64,000 nt of DNA from Nannocystis bainbridge (GTDB lineage: Bacteria; Myxococcota_A; Polyangia; Nannocystales; Nannocystaceae). The notes under the pieces are model-generated. The model ran no database searches. It was not told where the DNA came from and saw only the letters and a list, made by a program, of their open reading frames with translations. Location: the NCBI RefSeq assembly GCF_028368995.1, contig NZ_JAQNDL010000003.1, forward strand, positions 2,592,001-2,656,000, read 5' to 3'. Numbering within the stretch: the stretch's first letter is position 1; each line of letters begins with the position of its first letter. Below are positions 10,061-20,276 of the stretch, piece after piece. The position numbers and the translations under genes were made by a program.

Positions 10061-11587
10061 GCCGGTCCACGGCGTCACCATCCCCGCCGCCGACATATAC
10101 CCCGTCATCGGCACCACCCGCGCCTCGCCTGCGAGCTGGCGCCCCGCCGCGTAACTGCGCCGCAGCGGCCCCCGCAGCCAGCCTGGCACGTCGCCGTCGA
10201 TCCACACCGCCGCAAACTCCCCACGACCCACCGCCTCTGCCAGCGTCGCCTCGATCTGCTCCCGCCTGTCCTTCGGGACATCGTGGATCCCCATCGACCC
10301 CACGTGCCCCGGCCCGCCCGCCAGCACGCTCCACCACGGCCGGTGCAGCGCCAGGATCGCCCGCGGCTCGCCCGCGAGCTCGGCCCGCAGCGCCGCGGCC
10401 CGCTCCCACAGGTCGGCCGGTGGGATCGTCCGCCATGGGTCTTGCCGCGCGTAGCTGTCCCGAAGGCCAGCCAGCCCGCGGTCCTGGATCGGCTGATACA
10501 TCGGCTCGATCACCAGCGCGAACACCAGCTGCGCCGCCACCAGCCCCAGCGCCGCCGCCTCGCCGCGCCCCACCGGCAGCACCACCGCCAGCCACGCCGC
10601 CGCGAAGCACACCCCCGGCATGAACGCGTTCGGCTCGGCCCACTGCGTCGAGTACCCCAGCGCCGACACCAGCAAGCCCGCCGCCGCCATCACCCCCCAG
10701 TATACCGGCCCGCGCCAGCTGTCTTTTTCGCCCTGTCCCGAGCGCCATGTCCTCAGCGCCAGCATGCGCCCGGCGACCAACCCCGCCAGCGCCACCAGGA
10801 ACGGCGCCGCGTGTAAAAACATCCCCCACGTCTTGCGCCAGAACCTCACCGCGTTGAACGCGTGCGCTTGATGCAATTCATAAATGTACGTCCAGAGTCG
10901 CCCCTCGGTCAGCCACTGCCCGAGCAGCACCCCGCCGCCGTCGATCGCCGCGATCGTCGCCGCGTACATCCACACCAGCCGCGGCGCCACGATCAGCCCG
11001 CCCACCCCGCTCGCCAGCACGAACACCGCCGCCGTCTGCTTGGCCCAGAACGCCGCGCCCACCAGCACCCCCGCCGCCACGATCTTTCGCCGACGCCCCG
11101 CGCTCTCGCGCAGCAAGATCAGCCCCCACAGCAGCAGCGCCAGGAAAAAACTGTCCGCGCGGGCCACGTCGTACCAGCGGAACGTGAACACGTACCCCGA
11201 TAAAAACAGCCCGACCGCTGCCGCCGCGTGCGCGCGCGGCTTGCCCTCGAATCGCACCAGCCGCCACAGCCCCGCGCACACCGCCCCGATCGCCGCGACG
11301 CTCACCGCCCGCCCGAGCACGTACCCGAGCGGCAGCACCCACCCCAGCGCCGCCAGCACCGCCGGATACAGCGGCGTGTACAAAAACGGCACGAACTCCG
11401 CCGACGGCTCGGGATACGCGCTCAGCCCCTGCTGAATTCGCAGCGCCGTGTGCAGGCTCCCGCCCTCCATCCATTCGAGCTCGAGCGGGAAGCCGATCCG
11501 GCACGCGAACACCACGATCATCACGACCGCCCACGCGATCGCCAGCCCGCCCACCAGCGCCCGCAGGCGGGTCACCCACACGCTCAC
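10028..11587 (-). CDS. GT-C/ArnT-like polytopic membrane protein
   Basis: TM then LEWMEG and YTPLYP, with ARADS and AKQT motifs and many TM helices. Confidence 0.7.
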   Translation of the reverse strand: MSVWVTRLRALVGGLAIAWAVVMIVVFACRIGFPLELEWMEGGSLHTALRIQQGLSAYPEPSAEFVPFLYTPLYPAVLAALGWVLPLGYVLGRAVSVAAIGAVCAGLWRLVRFEGKPRAHAAAAVGLFLSGYVFTFRWYDVARADSFFLALLLWGLILLRESAGRRRKIVAAGVLVGAAFWAKQTAAVFVLASGVGGLIVAPRLVWMYAATIAAIDGGGVLLGQWLTEGRLWTYIYELHQAHAFNAVRFWRKTWGMFLHAAPFLVALAGLVAGRMLALRTWRSGQGEKDSWRGPVYWGVMAAAGLLVSALGYSTQWAEPNAFMPGVCFAAAWLAVVLPVGRGEAAALGLVAAQLVFALVIEPMYQPIQDRGLAGLRDSYARQDPWRTIPPADLWERAAALRAELAGEPRAILALHRPWWSVLAGGPGHVGSMGIHDVPKDRREQIEATLAEAVGRGEFAAVWIDGDVPGWLRGPLRRSYAAGRQLAGEARVVPMTGYMSAAGMVTPWTGLQREYVRRSE

Positions 11588-13173
11588 GGCGCGCCCTCGT
11601 CGACGAACGGCCCGACCGCGTGCCCGCGCCGGCGCAGGCAGCAGTAAAAACCGACCTCGAGCAGCCCGCCGGGCGCCGATGGATCACTCACCGTCCCGGG
11701 CTCGGCGCACGCCCACACCATGTCGCGCCCGAACCCGCGCTTTCGCGCCGCCGACGGCGTCGGCCGCTGCGGCCCGACGTGGCCGACGTGACACAGCAGA
11801 TCGGGCTCGCGCGCCAAAATCACCGCTTGCGGCGCCATCAACTGATGCCCCGGCCGCGCCTTGACCTGCGGCTCCACCTCGACCTCGCGGGGCCAGCGAT
11901 CGACCAGCCCGTAGACATCGACCGCCCGCAACCTCGAAGCATACGGCAACGCCCCCGCTGCCCCGACCGAGATCGAAGTGTCCTCCGGGACATGCTCTTT
12001 GAGCCATGTCCCTGCGGCCACCCGCTCGCGGGCGAACCGGTCCATCGCCGTCACCCCTTCCCAGCGACCGTCGAGCCACCCGCTCGCCGTCTCGCGATCT
12101 TTCACCACCCGGCCCCGCGCCAGCAGCCCCAGCGCGATCGCCAGCACCAGCCCGGCGCCGACCGCGACTGCCGGCCCGCGGCGCCTGAAGAACTTCTCGC
12201 CCGCCTCGATCAGCAGCCACCCGACCAGCCCGGCCGTCAGCGCCGTCGCCACCACCAGGAACCGCCCGTAGGCCATGAAGTCGCCGCCGACCGACCACGC
12301 GTAGCCCACCACCGCCGCGATCGGCAGCACCAGCGGCATGTGCCTCGCCCGCAGCAGCAGCGCCAGCGGCGTCAACCACACCAGCCGCAACGCGCTCGCC
12401 CACGCGGCCACGTAGGCCACCCCGAACGTGTCGCGCAGCAGCCGGCCGTGCTGCTTGATCGCCCACGTGTTCGGCAGCCACTCCCCATAATAGGCGTGTC
12501 GCCACAGCAGGTGCACCACCAGCGGCCCGCCCGCGATCACCGTCGCGATCGCCGCCTCGCGCAGCGGAGGCAACCGCTCACGCCTGCCCCCGAGGACATG
12601 ACCGATCGACCAGACTATTAAAAACACCCCGATCGGCAGCACCGCGTCGGGTCGCGTCAATCCTGCCAGCGCCGTGAGCGTCCCTGCCCACCGCCAGCGC
12701 CCCTGCGCCGTCGCTGCCATCGCCGCGATCGTCAGCGCCGCGGCCCACGACGTCTCGAGCCCGCCGTGGGCCCACACCACGTACTCCGGCGCCGCCGCCA
12801 GCAGCAGCCCCGGGATCAGGTCCACCGCCGTCCACGGCCCGCTCGCCCCCCGCAGCCCCCGGATCAGCACGATCGTCGCCGCCGCTCCGGCCAGCGCCCC
12901 CAGCTGCGTCAGCCACGGCGCCAGCGCCTCGGGCAGCGCTCCGAGACATGTCCCGAGGGCCAGCACGATCACCCACAGGAAATTCGTATAGCCCTCGACC
13001 CGCTCGCCGAGGTTGTACTCGAGCGCCCCGTGCTCGGCCAGGTTCCACGCGTAGCGGAACGAGATATACGCGTCGTCGCAGATGAACTGCCAGGCGCGCG
13101 CGTGCACCAGCAGCAGCGCCGCGGTCGCGGCCGCCAGCGCCATCGCGGCCCTGCTCTGCCCGGCCGGCATCAC
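11584..13173 (-). CDS. GT-C-like membrane glycosyltransferase (DDAYISFRYA family)
   Basis: CDDAYISFRYAWNL...GERVEGYTNFLW, GGLET and LTRPD. Overlaps both neighbours by 4 bp. Confidence 0.75.
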   Translation of the reverse strand: MMPAGQSRAAMALAAATAALLLVHARAWQFICDDAYISFRYAWNLAEHGALEYNLGERVEGYTNFLWVIVLALGTCLGALPEALAPWLTQLGALAGAAATIVLIRGLRGASGPWTAVDLIPGLLLAAAPEYVVWAHGGLETSWAAALTIAAMAATAQGRWRWAGTLTALAGLTRPDAVLPIGVFLIVWSIGHVLGGRRERLPPLREAAIATVIAGGPLVVHLLWRHAYYGEWLPNTWAIKQHGRLLRDTFGVAYVAAWASALRLVWLTPLALLLRARHMPLVLPIAAVVGYAWSVGGDFMAYGRFLVVATALTAGLVGWLLIEAGEKFFRRRGPAVAVGAGLVLAIALGLLARGRVVKDRETASGWLDGRWEGVTAMDRFARERVAAGTWLKEHVPEDTSISVGAAGALPYASRLRAVDVYGLVDRWPREVEVEPQVKARPGHQLMAPQAVILAREPDLLCHVGHVGPQRPTPSAARKRGFGRDMVWACAEPGTVSDPSAPGGLLEVGFYCCLRRRGHAVGPFVDEGAP

Positions 13174-14732
13174 AGCGAGCGGCGCAGCGCCTCGGGGTCC
13201 TGCGCCGCGCCCATCGCCGCCTCGAGCGACACCTTGCGCGCCCGCACCAGCGCCGCCAGCGACTGCTCGAGCGACACCATCCCGTCGGCTCGACCGGTCT
13301 GGATCGCCGTGGCGATCTGGTGCCCGCGGCCCTCGCGGATCTGGGCCGCCACCGCCGAGGTCACCAGCATCTTCTCAAAAGCCACCGCCCGCTCGTTGCG
13401 CGACACCGGCACCAGCACCTGCGTCACGATCGCCCGCAGCGTGCCTGCCAGCTGCAGCCGCACCTGCGTCTGCTGGTGGCCCGAGAACCCGTCGATGATG
13501 CGGTCGACCGCCATCGCCGCCCCGGCCGCGTGCAGCGTCGAGAGCACCAGGTGGCCCGTCTCTGCCGCCGTGAGCGCCGCCGAGATCGTCTCCGGGTCGC
13601 GCATCTCGCCGACCAAAATGATGTCGGGCGCCTCGCGCAGCGACGCCCGCAGCCCCTCGGCGAAGCTCGACACGTCCTTGCCGACCTCGCGCTGGTGGAT
13701 CAGCGCCTTCTTGCTCGTGAACACGTGCTCGACCGGGTCCTCGAGCGTCACCACGTGCCGGGCCGCCGTGCGGTTGACGTGCTCGACCAGCGCCGCCAGC
13801 GTCGTCGACTTGCCCGAGCCCGTCGGCCCCGTGAACAGCACCAGCCCCGCCGGATAGCCGACCAGCGCCGTGAAGTCCTCCGGCAATCCGAGCTCCGCCA
13901 GCGTCGGCGCCTTGTCGCGCACCGGCCGGAGCGCCGCCGACAGCCCGCGCTGCTGGCGGAACACGTTGGCGCGGAAGCGCAGCCCGCCGAGGTCGAGCGC
14001 CGTGTCGACGCTGCCTGCCGCGCGCAGCCGGGCCCGCTGCTCCGGGCTCAGCACCTCGGCGAACAGCGCCGCGATCGCGGCCTCCGACGCCTGTGTCCCG
14101 ATCTCGCGCAGGTCGCCGGCCGTGCGCACCCGCGGCGCCAGCCCGGCCGAGAAGATCACGTCCGCCGCCCCCTCCCAGTGGGCCCGCTGCAGCACCCCAC
14201 GCAGCTCGTCGGCCGCCCGCTGCGCCTCCTCGTCGGGCTCTTCGGACATGTCCTCCGGGACATATTCGTGGACCACCGGCGCCGGCGCCGGCTGCACCGG
14301 CGCCTCGGTCCGGCGCCCAGGCGTCGGCGGTCGCACCGGCGGCGGCGGCGCGGGCGTGCGCACCGGCGGCAGGTCGGGCACCGGGTGGCTGTCCTGAGGG
14401 ACAGGTCTCGAAGCACCTGTCCCTGCGGTCACCCGCGCCTTGGCCAGGCTCAGGTGGTAGCGCCCGCCGTCGATCTTGAGCTCGCCGGAGAACCGCTGGC
14501 CCTCGAACGTGTGCTCGACCTTGACCGACTTGCGCAGGTCGAGCTCCTGGCGCTGCTCCGGCGTCACCAGGTCTTCGAAGAACATCGCCACCATCTCGTG
14601 GCTGACCTTCGGCATCGACAGCGGCACGTCGGCGCCGGCGCGTTTGAGCGAGGGGACGCGTTCGGAGGCGAGGACCAGGCCGTCGGCCTTCTGGGCGTCG
14701 AGGATCTTGAGCAGCGAGTCGATCGCGGCCAT
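13170..14732 (-). CDS. pilT: PilT/PilU-family ATPase with N-terminal extension
   Basis: Walker A GPTGSGKSTT, TLEDPVE, QREVG, LREAPDIILVGEMRD and AAETGHLVLSTLH. Confidence 0.85.
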   Translation of the reverse strand: MAAIDSLLKILDAQKADGLVLASERVPSLKRAGADVPLSMPKVSHEMVAMFFEDLVTPEQRQELDLRKSVKVEHTFEGQRFSGELKIDGGRYHLSLAKARVTAGTGASRPVPQDSHPVPDLPPVRTPAPPPPVRPPTPGRRTEAPVQPAPAPVVHEYVPEDMSEEPDEEAQRAADELRGVLQRAHWEGAADVIFSAGLAPRVRTAGDLREIGTQASEAAIAALFAEVLSPEQRARLRAAGSVDTALDLGGLRFRANVFRQQRGLSAALRPVRDKAPTLAELGLPEDFTALVGYPAGLVLFTGPTGSGKSTTLAALVEHVNRTAARHVVTLEDPVEHVFTSKKALIHQREVGKDVSSFAEGLRASLREAPDIILVGEMRDPETISAALTAAETGHLVLSTLHAAGAAMAVDRIIDGFSGHQQTQVRLQLAGTLRAIVTQVLVPVSRNERAVAFEKMLVTSAVAAQIREGRGHQIATAIQTGRADGMVSLEQSLAALVRARKVSLEAAMGAAQDPEALRRSL

Positions 14733-14820
14733 GGCGCCCGGTATAGCGCGAGGGCCGGCGTCCTCGCCAGTGCTCGCCGTCCGATGCGCGCCCAGCCGGC
14801 CCGTGGCATCGTCGGGGCGC

Positions 14821-15723
14821 GTGCACGTGTTTTATTCCGACCAATTCGTGCTGCCGCTCCCGCCCGGCCACCGGTTCCCGATGGCCAAATACGCGGCCCT
14901 GCGCGCGCGCGTGGCCGCCAGCGGCCTGGTCGATCCCGCCGACATGCACGTGCCCGAGCGCGCCACCCCGGACCAGCTCGCCCTGGCCCACGACCCCGGC
15001 TACGTCGACCGCGTCTGCCGCGGCGAGCTCAGCGCCCGCGAGCAGCGCGAGATCGGCTTCCCCTGGTCCGAGGCCATGGTCGAGCGCTCGCTGCGGTCGA
15101 CCGGCGCCACCATCGGCGCCTGCCGGGCCGCGCTGATCCACGGCGGCTTCGCGGTCAACCTCGCCGGCGGCACCCACCACGCCTTCCGCGATCGCGGCGA
15201 CGGCTACTGCGTGTTCAACGACAGCGCCGTGGCGGCCCGCGTGATGCAGGCCGAACGCCGCGCCGCCCGCGTGCTCGTCGTCGACTGCGACGTCCACCAG
15301 GGCGACGGCACCGCCAGCATCCTCGCCGGCGACGACACGATCTTCACGTTCTCGATCCACGCCGCCAAGAACTACCCGTTCAAAAAACAGGAAAGCGACC
15401 TCGACATCCACCTGCCCGACCGCACCGGCGACGACGACTACCTCGCGGCGCTGGGGCGCGGCCTCACCGAGGCCCTCGGCCGCGCCAGCCCCGACCTCGC
15501 CATCTACCTGGCCGGCGCCGACCCCTACGAAGGCGACCGCCTCGGCCGCCTCGCCCTCACGAAGGAGGGCCTGGCCCAGCGCGATCACCTGGTCCTCGGG
15601 ACATTGCGAAAAGCACATGTCCCGACGGCCATCTCGATGGCCGGCGGCTACGCGAAGGAGCTCGACGACGTGGTCGAGATCCATTTTAAAACGGTGAGCA
15701 TCGCCGCCGAGCTCGCGCCCTGA
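14821..15723 (+). CDS. Histone deacetylase-family (HDAC11-like) amidohydrolase
   Basis: HRFPMAKY, GGTHHA, GYCVFND, DCDVHQGDGT, GADPYEGDRLG and GGY. Confidence 0.9.
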   Translation: MHVFYSDQFVLPLPPGHRFPMAKYAALRARVAASGLVDPADMHVPERATPDQLALAHDPGYVDRVCRGELSAREQREIGFPWSEAMVERSLRSTGATIGACRAALIHGGFAVNLAGGTHHAFRDRGDGYCVFNDSAVAARVMQAERRAARVLVVDCDVHQGDGTASILAGDDTIFTFSIHAAKNYPFKKQESDLDIHLPDRTGDDDYLAALGRGLTEALGRASPDLAIYLAGADPYEGDRLGRLALTKEGLAQRDHLVLGTLRKAHVPTAISMAGGYAKELDDVVEIHFKTVSIAAELAP

Positions 15724-15783
15724 GCTCGCGGATCTCTCCGGGCTTCACACGTTCTGGAAGATCGAGCCGTCTCGCGTTGGCCG

Positions 15784-16785
15784 TCAGACCCGCCGGATCT
15801 TCGCCCCGAGCTCCTGCAGCCGCTGCATCGCGCGCTCCGGCTCGAGCAGGCTCTCCGGGTGATACAACCCGGGTTCCGGCGCCTCGTGCCCCGCGAGGCC
15901 GAGCAGCCTCTCGGTGGCCAGCGCCGCCCCGTACGCGCTGAGGTTCGCGTACACGTCGTCGTCGGTGATCTCGATCCGGACTTGCTTCGCGGCGCCCTCG
16001 TGATCCTCGCCGGCGATCTCGACGATCAACTCCGTCGCAGGCCCCCGGCCGCTCACCGCCTCGCGCGTCGCGAAATCGACGCGGATCGACCTCGCCTCGG
16101 TCGCGGCCGCGAGGCTGACCACGTCGAGCAGCGCCAGCACCCCGCCCTGGCGCTTCACCCCCGTGACATCGACGATCTCGCGCGCCGCCTCCTCGCCGGC
16201 GACCCACCGCCAAAGCCCGTCCTCGCGGATCAGCGCGCTGGGGAACGCGCTCCCGAGCCGCTCGAAGTCGGCCTGCGACGCCGGCCCGCCCTGATCCTCC
16301 GGATCGACGACCCCCGCCAGCGCGATCGACTCCACTTTCTTAAACTCGCGCGCGAGGTGCAGCGCCGCGAGCGTACCGACACCGCCGAACACGTGGCCGA
16401 GGAGCAAGATCGGCGCCCTCCCGGGGTTTTGAATGAAGTGCGCCACCTCGGGGCCGATCTCGAAGGCGAAGCTGGCGAACGACAGGTACGCGAGCCCCCG
16501 TGCCTGCGCGAACTTCAATGAATTCAGCCAGGGGTCCGTCAGCAGCGTGACGACCGCGCCGAAGCTCGCTCCCTCGAGACCCAGGTCCTCGCGCGCCAGG
16601 TCGACGCGCGTCGCCGTCGTCGGCCCGCCGATCTGCGCCGCCACGGCCGTGGCCTTCGCCACGTCACGAGCGGCCAGCACGATCGGCAATTCGGGGTGCA
16701 GGCGGCGCAGCGCCCTGGCGACGCGACGGCCGACCACCCCCGAGCCCCCGAGCAACAACACCGGATTCTTCATCGATGCAGACAT
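15784..16785 (-). CDS. NAD(P)-dependent oxidoreductase (saccharopine dehydrogenase-like)
   Basis: VLLLGGSGVVG Rossmann motif. Paralog of the adjacent upstream gene. Confidence 0.8.
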   Translation of the reverse strand: MSASMKNPVLLLGGSGVVGRRVARALRRLHPELPIVLAARDVAKATAVAAQIGGPTTATRVDLAREDLGLEGASFGAVVTLLTDPWLNSLKFAQARGLAYLSFASFAFEIGPEVAHFIQNPGRAPILLLGHVFGGVGTLAALHLAREFKKVESIALAGVVDPEDQGGPASQADFERLGSAFPSALIREDGLWRWVAGEEAAREIVDVTGVKRQGGVLALLDVVSLAAATEARSIRVDFATREAVSGRGPATELIVEIAGEDHEGAAKQVRIEITDDDVYANLSAYGAALATERLLGLAGHEAPEPGLYHPESLLEPERAMQRLQELGAKIRRV

Positions 16786-16829
16786 ACGCATGAACTCCCT
16801 TCATCTCTCAAGGACAGCAACAGTCGGCC

Positions 16830-17840
16830 TCAAGCCCGACGGGTCTGCGTGCCGAACTCCGCCAGCCGGCGCAGCAGGTACTCCGGCTCGACGATCACGT
16901 GCGGCAGATAGAGCCCCGGCGGCACCGCCGGGCCGCCTGCGAGGCCGAGCAGCCGCTCGACGCCGACCGCGACGCCGACCGCGGTGACCGGCGCCTGCCC
17001 CTCTGGATGGACCAGCTCGATGCGCACGCGGCCGCTCGTACCATCGCTGCGCGTGCCGGCGATCTCGACCACGATCTCGGTGGAGAACGGCTCGCCGCGG
17101 CGACGGCTGGCAGACTCGCCGACGGCGACGTCGGTGCGGATCGATCTCGCCCCGGTCGCGGTGCCGAGGCTCAGGACATCGAGCATCGAGTAGGCCTGCC
17201 CGGTCATCGCGCGCCCGTCGACGGCCGTGAACACGCGCTCGGCCGCGGGCCCGCCGATCCACTGCCACTTGCCGCCCGCGAGCACCAGCGCGCTCGTCTG
17301 CGCCTTCGTCTGCCGCTCGAGGTCGGCGTAGGCCGCCGGCCCGCCGACGTCCTGCTCGTCGAGCACCGCGGCGATCTCGATCGACTCGACGCTGCGGAAC
17401 TCGCGGACGCCTCGCAGCGCCGCCGCCGTGGCCGCGCCCGCCAGCCAGCTGCCGGCCATGAGGATCGGCGCGCTCCTGGGTCTCGCCACGTGCAGCCCGA
17501 CCACGGGCCCGAGCTCGAACGCCACCGTCGAGATCTCGAGGTAGGGGATCTCGCGCGCCTGGGCGAACCCGACCGAGTGCAGCGTGTCGTCCTTCACGAA
17601 CATCACCACCGCGCCGAACCTGCGCTCGGCCGGCTGCCCGAGGTCGGCGCGCGCGAGGTCGACGGCGACGGCATCGGCGTTGCCGAGCTCGCGGGCCACG
17701 GCGCGCGCCTTTTCGAGGTCGCGTCCGCCGATCGTGATCGGCAATTCGGGGTGGAGTCGGCGCAGGATCTGGGCGGCGCGCGAACCGACGACGCCGGAGC
17801 CGCCGATGATGAGGACGGGTGCTTGGGTGCTCGTGGACAT
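16830..17840 (-). CDS. NAD(P)-dependent oxidoreductase (saccharopine dehydrogenase-like)
   Basis: VLIIGGSGVVG...LHPELPITIGGRD, with ATG at 17840. Confidence 0.8.
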   Translation of the reverse strand: MSTSTQAPVLIIGGSGVVGSRAAQILRRLHPELPITIGGRDLEKARAVARELGNADAVAVDLARADLGQPAERRFGAVVMFVKDDTLHSVGFAQAREIPYLEISTVAFELGPVVGLHVARPRSAPILMAGSWLAGAATAAALRGVREFRSVESIEIAAVLDEQDVGGPAAYADLERQTKAQTSALVLAGGKWQWIGGPAAERVFTAVDGRAMTGQAYSMLDVLSLGTATGARSIRTDVAVGESASRRRGEPFSTEIVVEIAGTRSDGTSGRVRIELVHPEGQAPVTAVGVAVGVERLLGLAGGPAVPPGLYLPHVIVEPEYLLRRLAEFGTQTRRA

Positions 17841-17908
17841 GACAAAACCTCGCTCTCGCGCGGCGGACTGAACCGCCGCGAGTGGCCATGACGCCGGGCT
17901 GGCGCCGC

Positions 17909-17927
17909 AACTTACTCTTAGTAAGTT
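17909..17927. promoter_or_regulatory. Putative TetR operator
   Basis: Perfect inverted repeat AACTTACT-CTT-AGTAAGTT in the AT-rich divergent spacer. Confidence 0.7.
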
Positions 17928-18002
17928 ACGGATGGTAATATGGCCCGACGGTGCTACTGTCAAGGACGGCCCGCGAAGAAATCTCGAGGCGACACGACGA
18001 CG

Positions 18003-18593
18003 ATGACGGGGACCACGACCAGCCGACTGCCGAAGGCCGAGCGACGCACGCAGCTGCTCGAGACCGCCCAGCAGATCGTGCGCGAGGAAGGGACCGACGC
18101 GCTGACGCTCGGCCGCCTCGCCGAGCGCGCCGGCGTCAGCAAGCCGATCACCTACAACCACTTCGAGACGCGCTCGGGCCTGCTCGTCGCCCTCGCGCGC
18201 GAGGTCGACGACCGCAGCATCGCCACCTTGCACGAGGCCCTGAAGCGCACGCGCCCGCGCCTGCCCGACGTCGCCCGCGTGCTCGGCACCGCGTACATGC
18301 GCTGCTACTCGCAGAACGGCCCCGAGTGGCTGGCCATCCTCGCCGCGCTCAAGGGCGACAGCGCGATGGAGTCGGTGCAAGAGGAGCTGCTCGACCGCTA
18401 CGTCACGATCTACCGCACCGCCCTGGCCCCGCTCACCGAGCTGACGCCGCGCGAGCTCCAGCGCCGCTGCGTCGCCATCATCGGCGCCGCCGAAGCCCTC
18501 GGCCGCGACCTGTCCCGCGGCCGCCTCGACGAACCCGCCGCCGCCGCGACCCTGACCTCGCTGATCGTCGCCTGGCTCGGCAAGCAAGGTTGA
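18003..18593 (+). CDS. TetR/AcrR-family transcriptional regulator
   Basis: HTH LTLGRLAERAGVSKPITYNHF. Divergent from the oxidoreductase pair. Confidence 0.9.
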   Translation: MTGTTTSRLPKAERRTQLLETAQQIVREEGTDALTLGRLAERAGVSKPITYNHFETRSGLLVALAREVDDRSIATLHEALKRTRPRLPDVARVLGTAYMRCYSQNGPEWLAILAALKGDSAMESVQEELLDRYVTIYRTALAPLTELTPRELQRRCVAIIGAAEALGRDLSRGRLDEPAAAATLTSLIVAWLGKQG

Positions 18594-18656
18594 AACGACG
18601 CGCCCGCGATCGACCTCGCGATCATGAAGCGCAGCGCCCTGCTCGGCCGCTGATCC

Positions 18657-20051
18657 TCACCGCAGGCGATCGAGCTCGCCGGTGCAGTCGAGCTTCGCGC
18701 CGTTCTTGAGCGGCACCGAAGTCAGCCCGACCGCGTCGCGCTCGACCCCCATCGCCCGGGCGATCGACACCAGCAGGCGGTTGTGCGGCGGGCCTTGCAG
18801 CTCGTCGCCGAGCAGGCCGGGCACCACGTTCGTCTGCCGCCAGTGGATGTACCGCCCCGGCTTGTCGAAGTATCCCGTCCCGCCGGCCAGCACCACCGGC
18901 AGGCGATGGAGCTGATGCTCGGGCGTCCCCAGCTCGCTCGACCACACCACCAGCGTATCGTCGAGCAGCGTCCCGCCGGCGCTCGGGATGTCCTCGAGCA
19001 CATCCAGCAGCTTCGCCACGTCGTTCGCGTGGTAGCGGCCGAAGTTGGCCATCACCTGCGCCGCGACCGGGTCGCTCGACACCGCGTGGGCGAAGTCGTT
19101 GTGGATGTCGCCGGGCGGCGCCCCGACCTGCTCGTTGCGCAGGCCCCACAGCGCCAGCAAACCGACGCGGGTCAGGTCGCACGACAGCGCCAGCGCCGTC
19201 AGCGTCGTGAACAGCTGCGTGCGCTGGTCGTACCACGCCGGGTCTTCCCACGGCGCCGCCGCCCCCGGCGGGTCCGGCACCTCACATGGCTTTTGGGACA
19301 GCGCCTCCAGCTGCAGCTCGAGCGCGCGCAGCAGGTCGCGGTGTTGCTCGACCTTGAGGCGGTCATCCGCGCCGAGCCGGGGCGCCACCGCCGAGAACTG
19401 CGCCCGCGCCAGCTCGACCACCGCGCTCTGGCGGGCCCGGATCGCCGCCGCGTCGCTCGACAGCGGCGCCTCGCCGTCGGGGAACAGCCGCGTGTAGAGC
19501 TCGGCCGGCTCGTAGATGTACGGCAGCGTCTTGCCGCCCGGATCGTACGAGTAGGGCCAGCTGCCGTGCGACACCTGCAGCGAACCGATCTGGCCCGGCT
19601 CGGCGATCGCCGCCGCCACGATCTGGTCGATCGAAGGCCCTTGCGCGTGCGCCGGCCCGTTCTCGAGCTCGACCGCCTGCGTGCCCGTCAGCGCCGTCGC
19701 GTGCCCCTCCTTGTGCTCGTTGAGCGCGGTCGTCATCCCGACCGCGTTGCCGAGCCCGTCGAGGATCGAAAGCCGCGCGCGGTGGCGGTGCAGGGGTCGC
19801 AAGATCTCGCTGAACTCCGCTTCGGCGAGCGGCGAGAGCGGCGCCTCCCAGTCCGCGTCCTCCGACGGATCGCCGGGGCGCATGCGCCAGCGCGGGTACA
19901 CCGCGCCGTGCTCCGTCATCACCACCAGCAGGCGTCGCACCGGCGCCTCGGCCTGTGCTCTCGCGCCGCGCGGCAGCAGCGACGGCAGGCACAGCGCCCC
20001 CAACCCGAGTCCCAGCCCGCCGCGCAGCCACGTGCGGCGCGAGGTCGTCAT
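18657..20051 (-). CDS. DUF1552-family Tat-exported protein
   Basis: SRRTWLRG Tat signal, GPSIDQIVA, ALSCDLTRV, GTLLDDTLVVWSSELG and LPVVLAGG. Confidence 0.8.
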   Translation of the reverse strand: MTTSRRTWLRGGLGLGLGALCLPSLLPRGARAQAEAPVRRLLVVMTEHGAVYPRWRMRPGDPSEDADWEAPLSPLAEAEFSEILRPLHRHRARLSILDGLGNAVGMTTALNEHKEGHATALTGTQAVELENGPAHAQGPSIDQIVAAAIAEPGQIGSLQVSHGSWPYSYDPGGKTLPYIYEPAELYTRLFPDGEAPLSSDAAAIRARQSAVVELARAQFSAVAPRLGADDRLKVEQHRDLLRALELQLEALSQKPCEVPDPPGAAAPWEDPAWYDQRTQLFTTLTALALSCDLTRVGLLALWGLRNEQVGAPPGDIHNDFAHAVSSDPVAAQVMANFGRYHANDVAKLLDVLEDIPSAGGTLLDDTLVVWSSELGTPEHQLHRLPVVLAGGTGYFDKPGRYIHWRQTNVVPGLLGDELQGPPHNRLLVSIARAMGVERDAVGLTSVPLKNGAKLDCTGELDRLR

Positions 20052-20276
20052 CGACGCGTCTCCGTCGCGCGGGTCGACTCCGCGCCTGCGCCTGGGCGCA
20101 CGATCGCGCCCGCATGTGGGCTCTCGACGGCGAGCGTGTCGCTGTTGCGGACATGCACATGCATCGCTCGCGCGGCCATCGCTGTCACCCTACGAGGCCC
20201 GTCGCGGTGGGTCAAGGCGCTCTCGCGGCGAGAGCGCGTTGACACGTTCGCGCGAGCTTCTTTAAAGTGACAGGCA

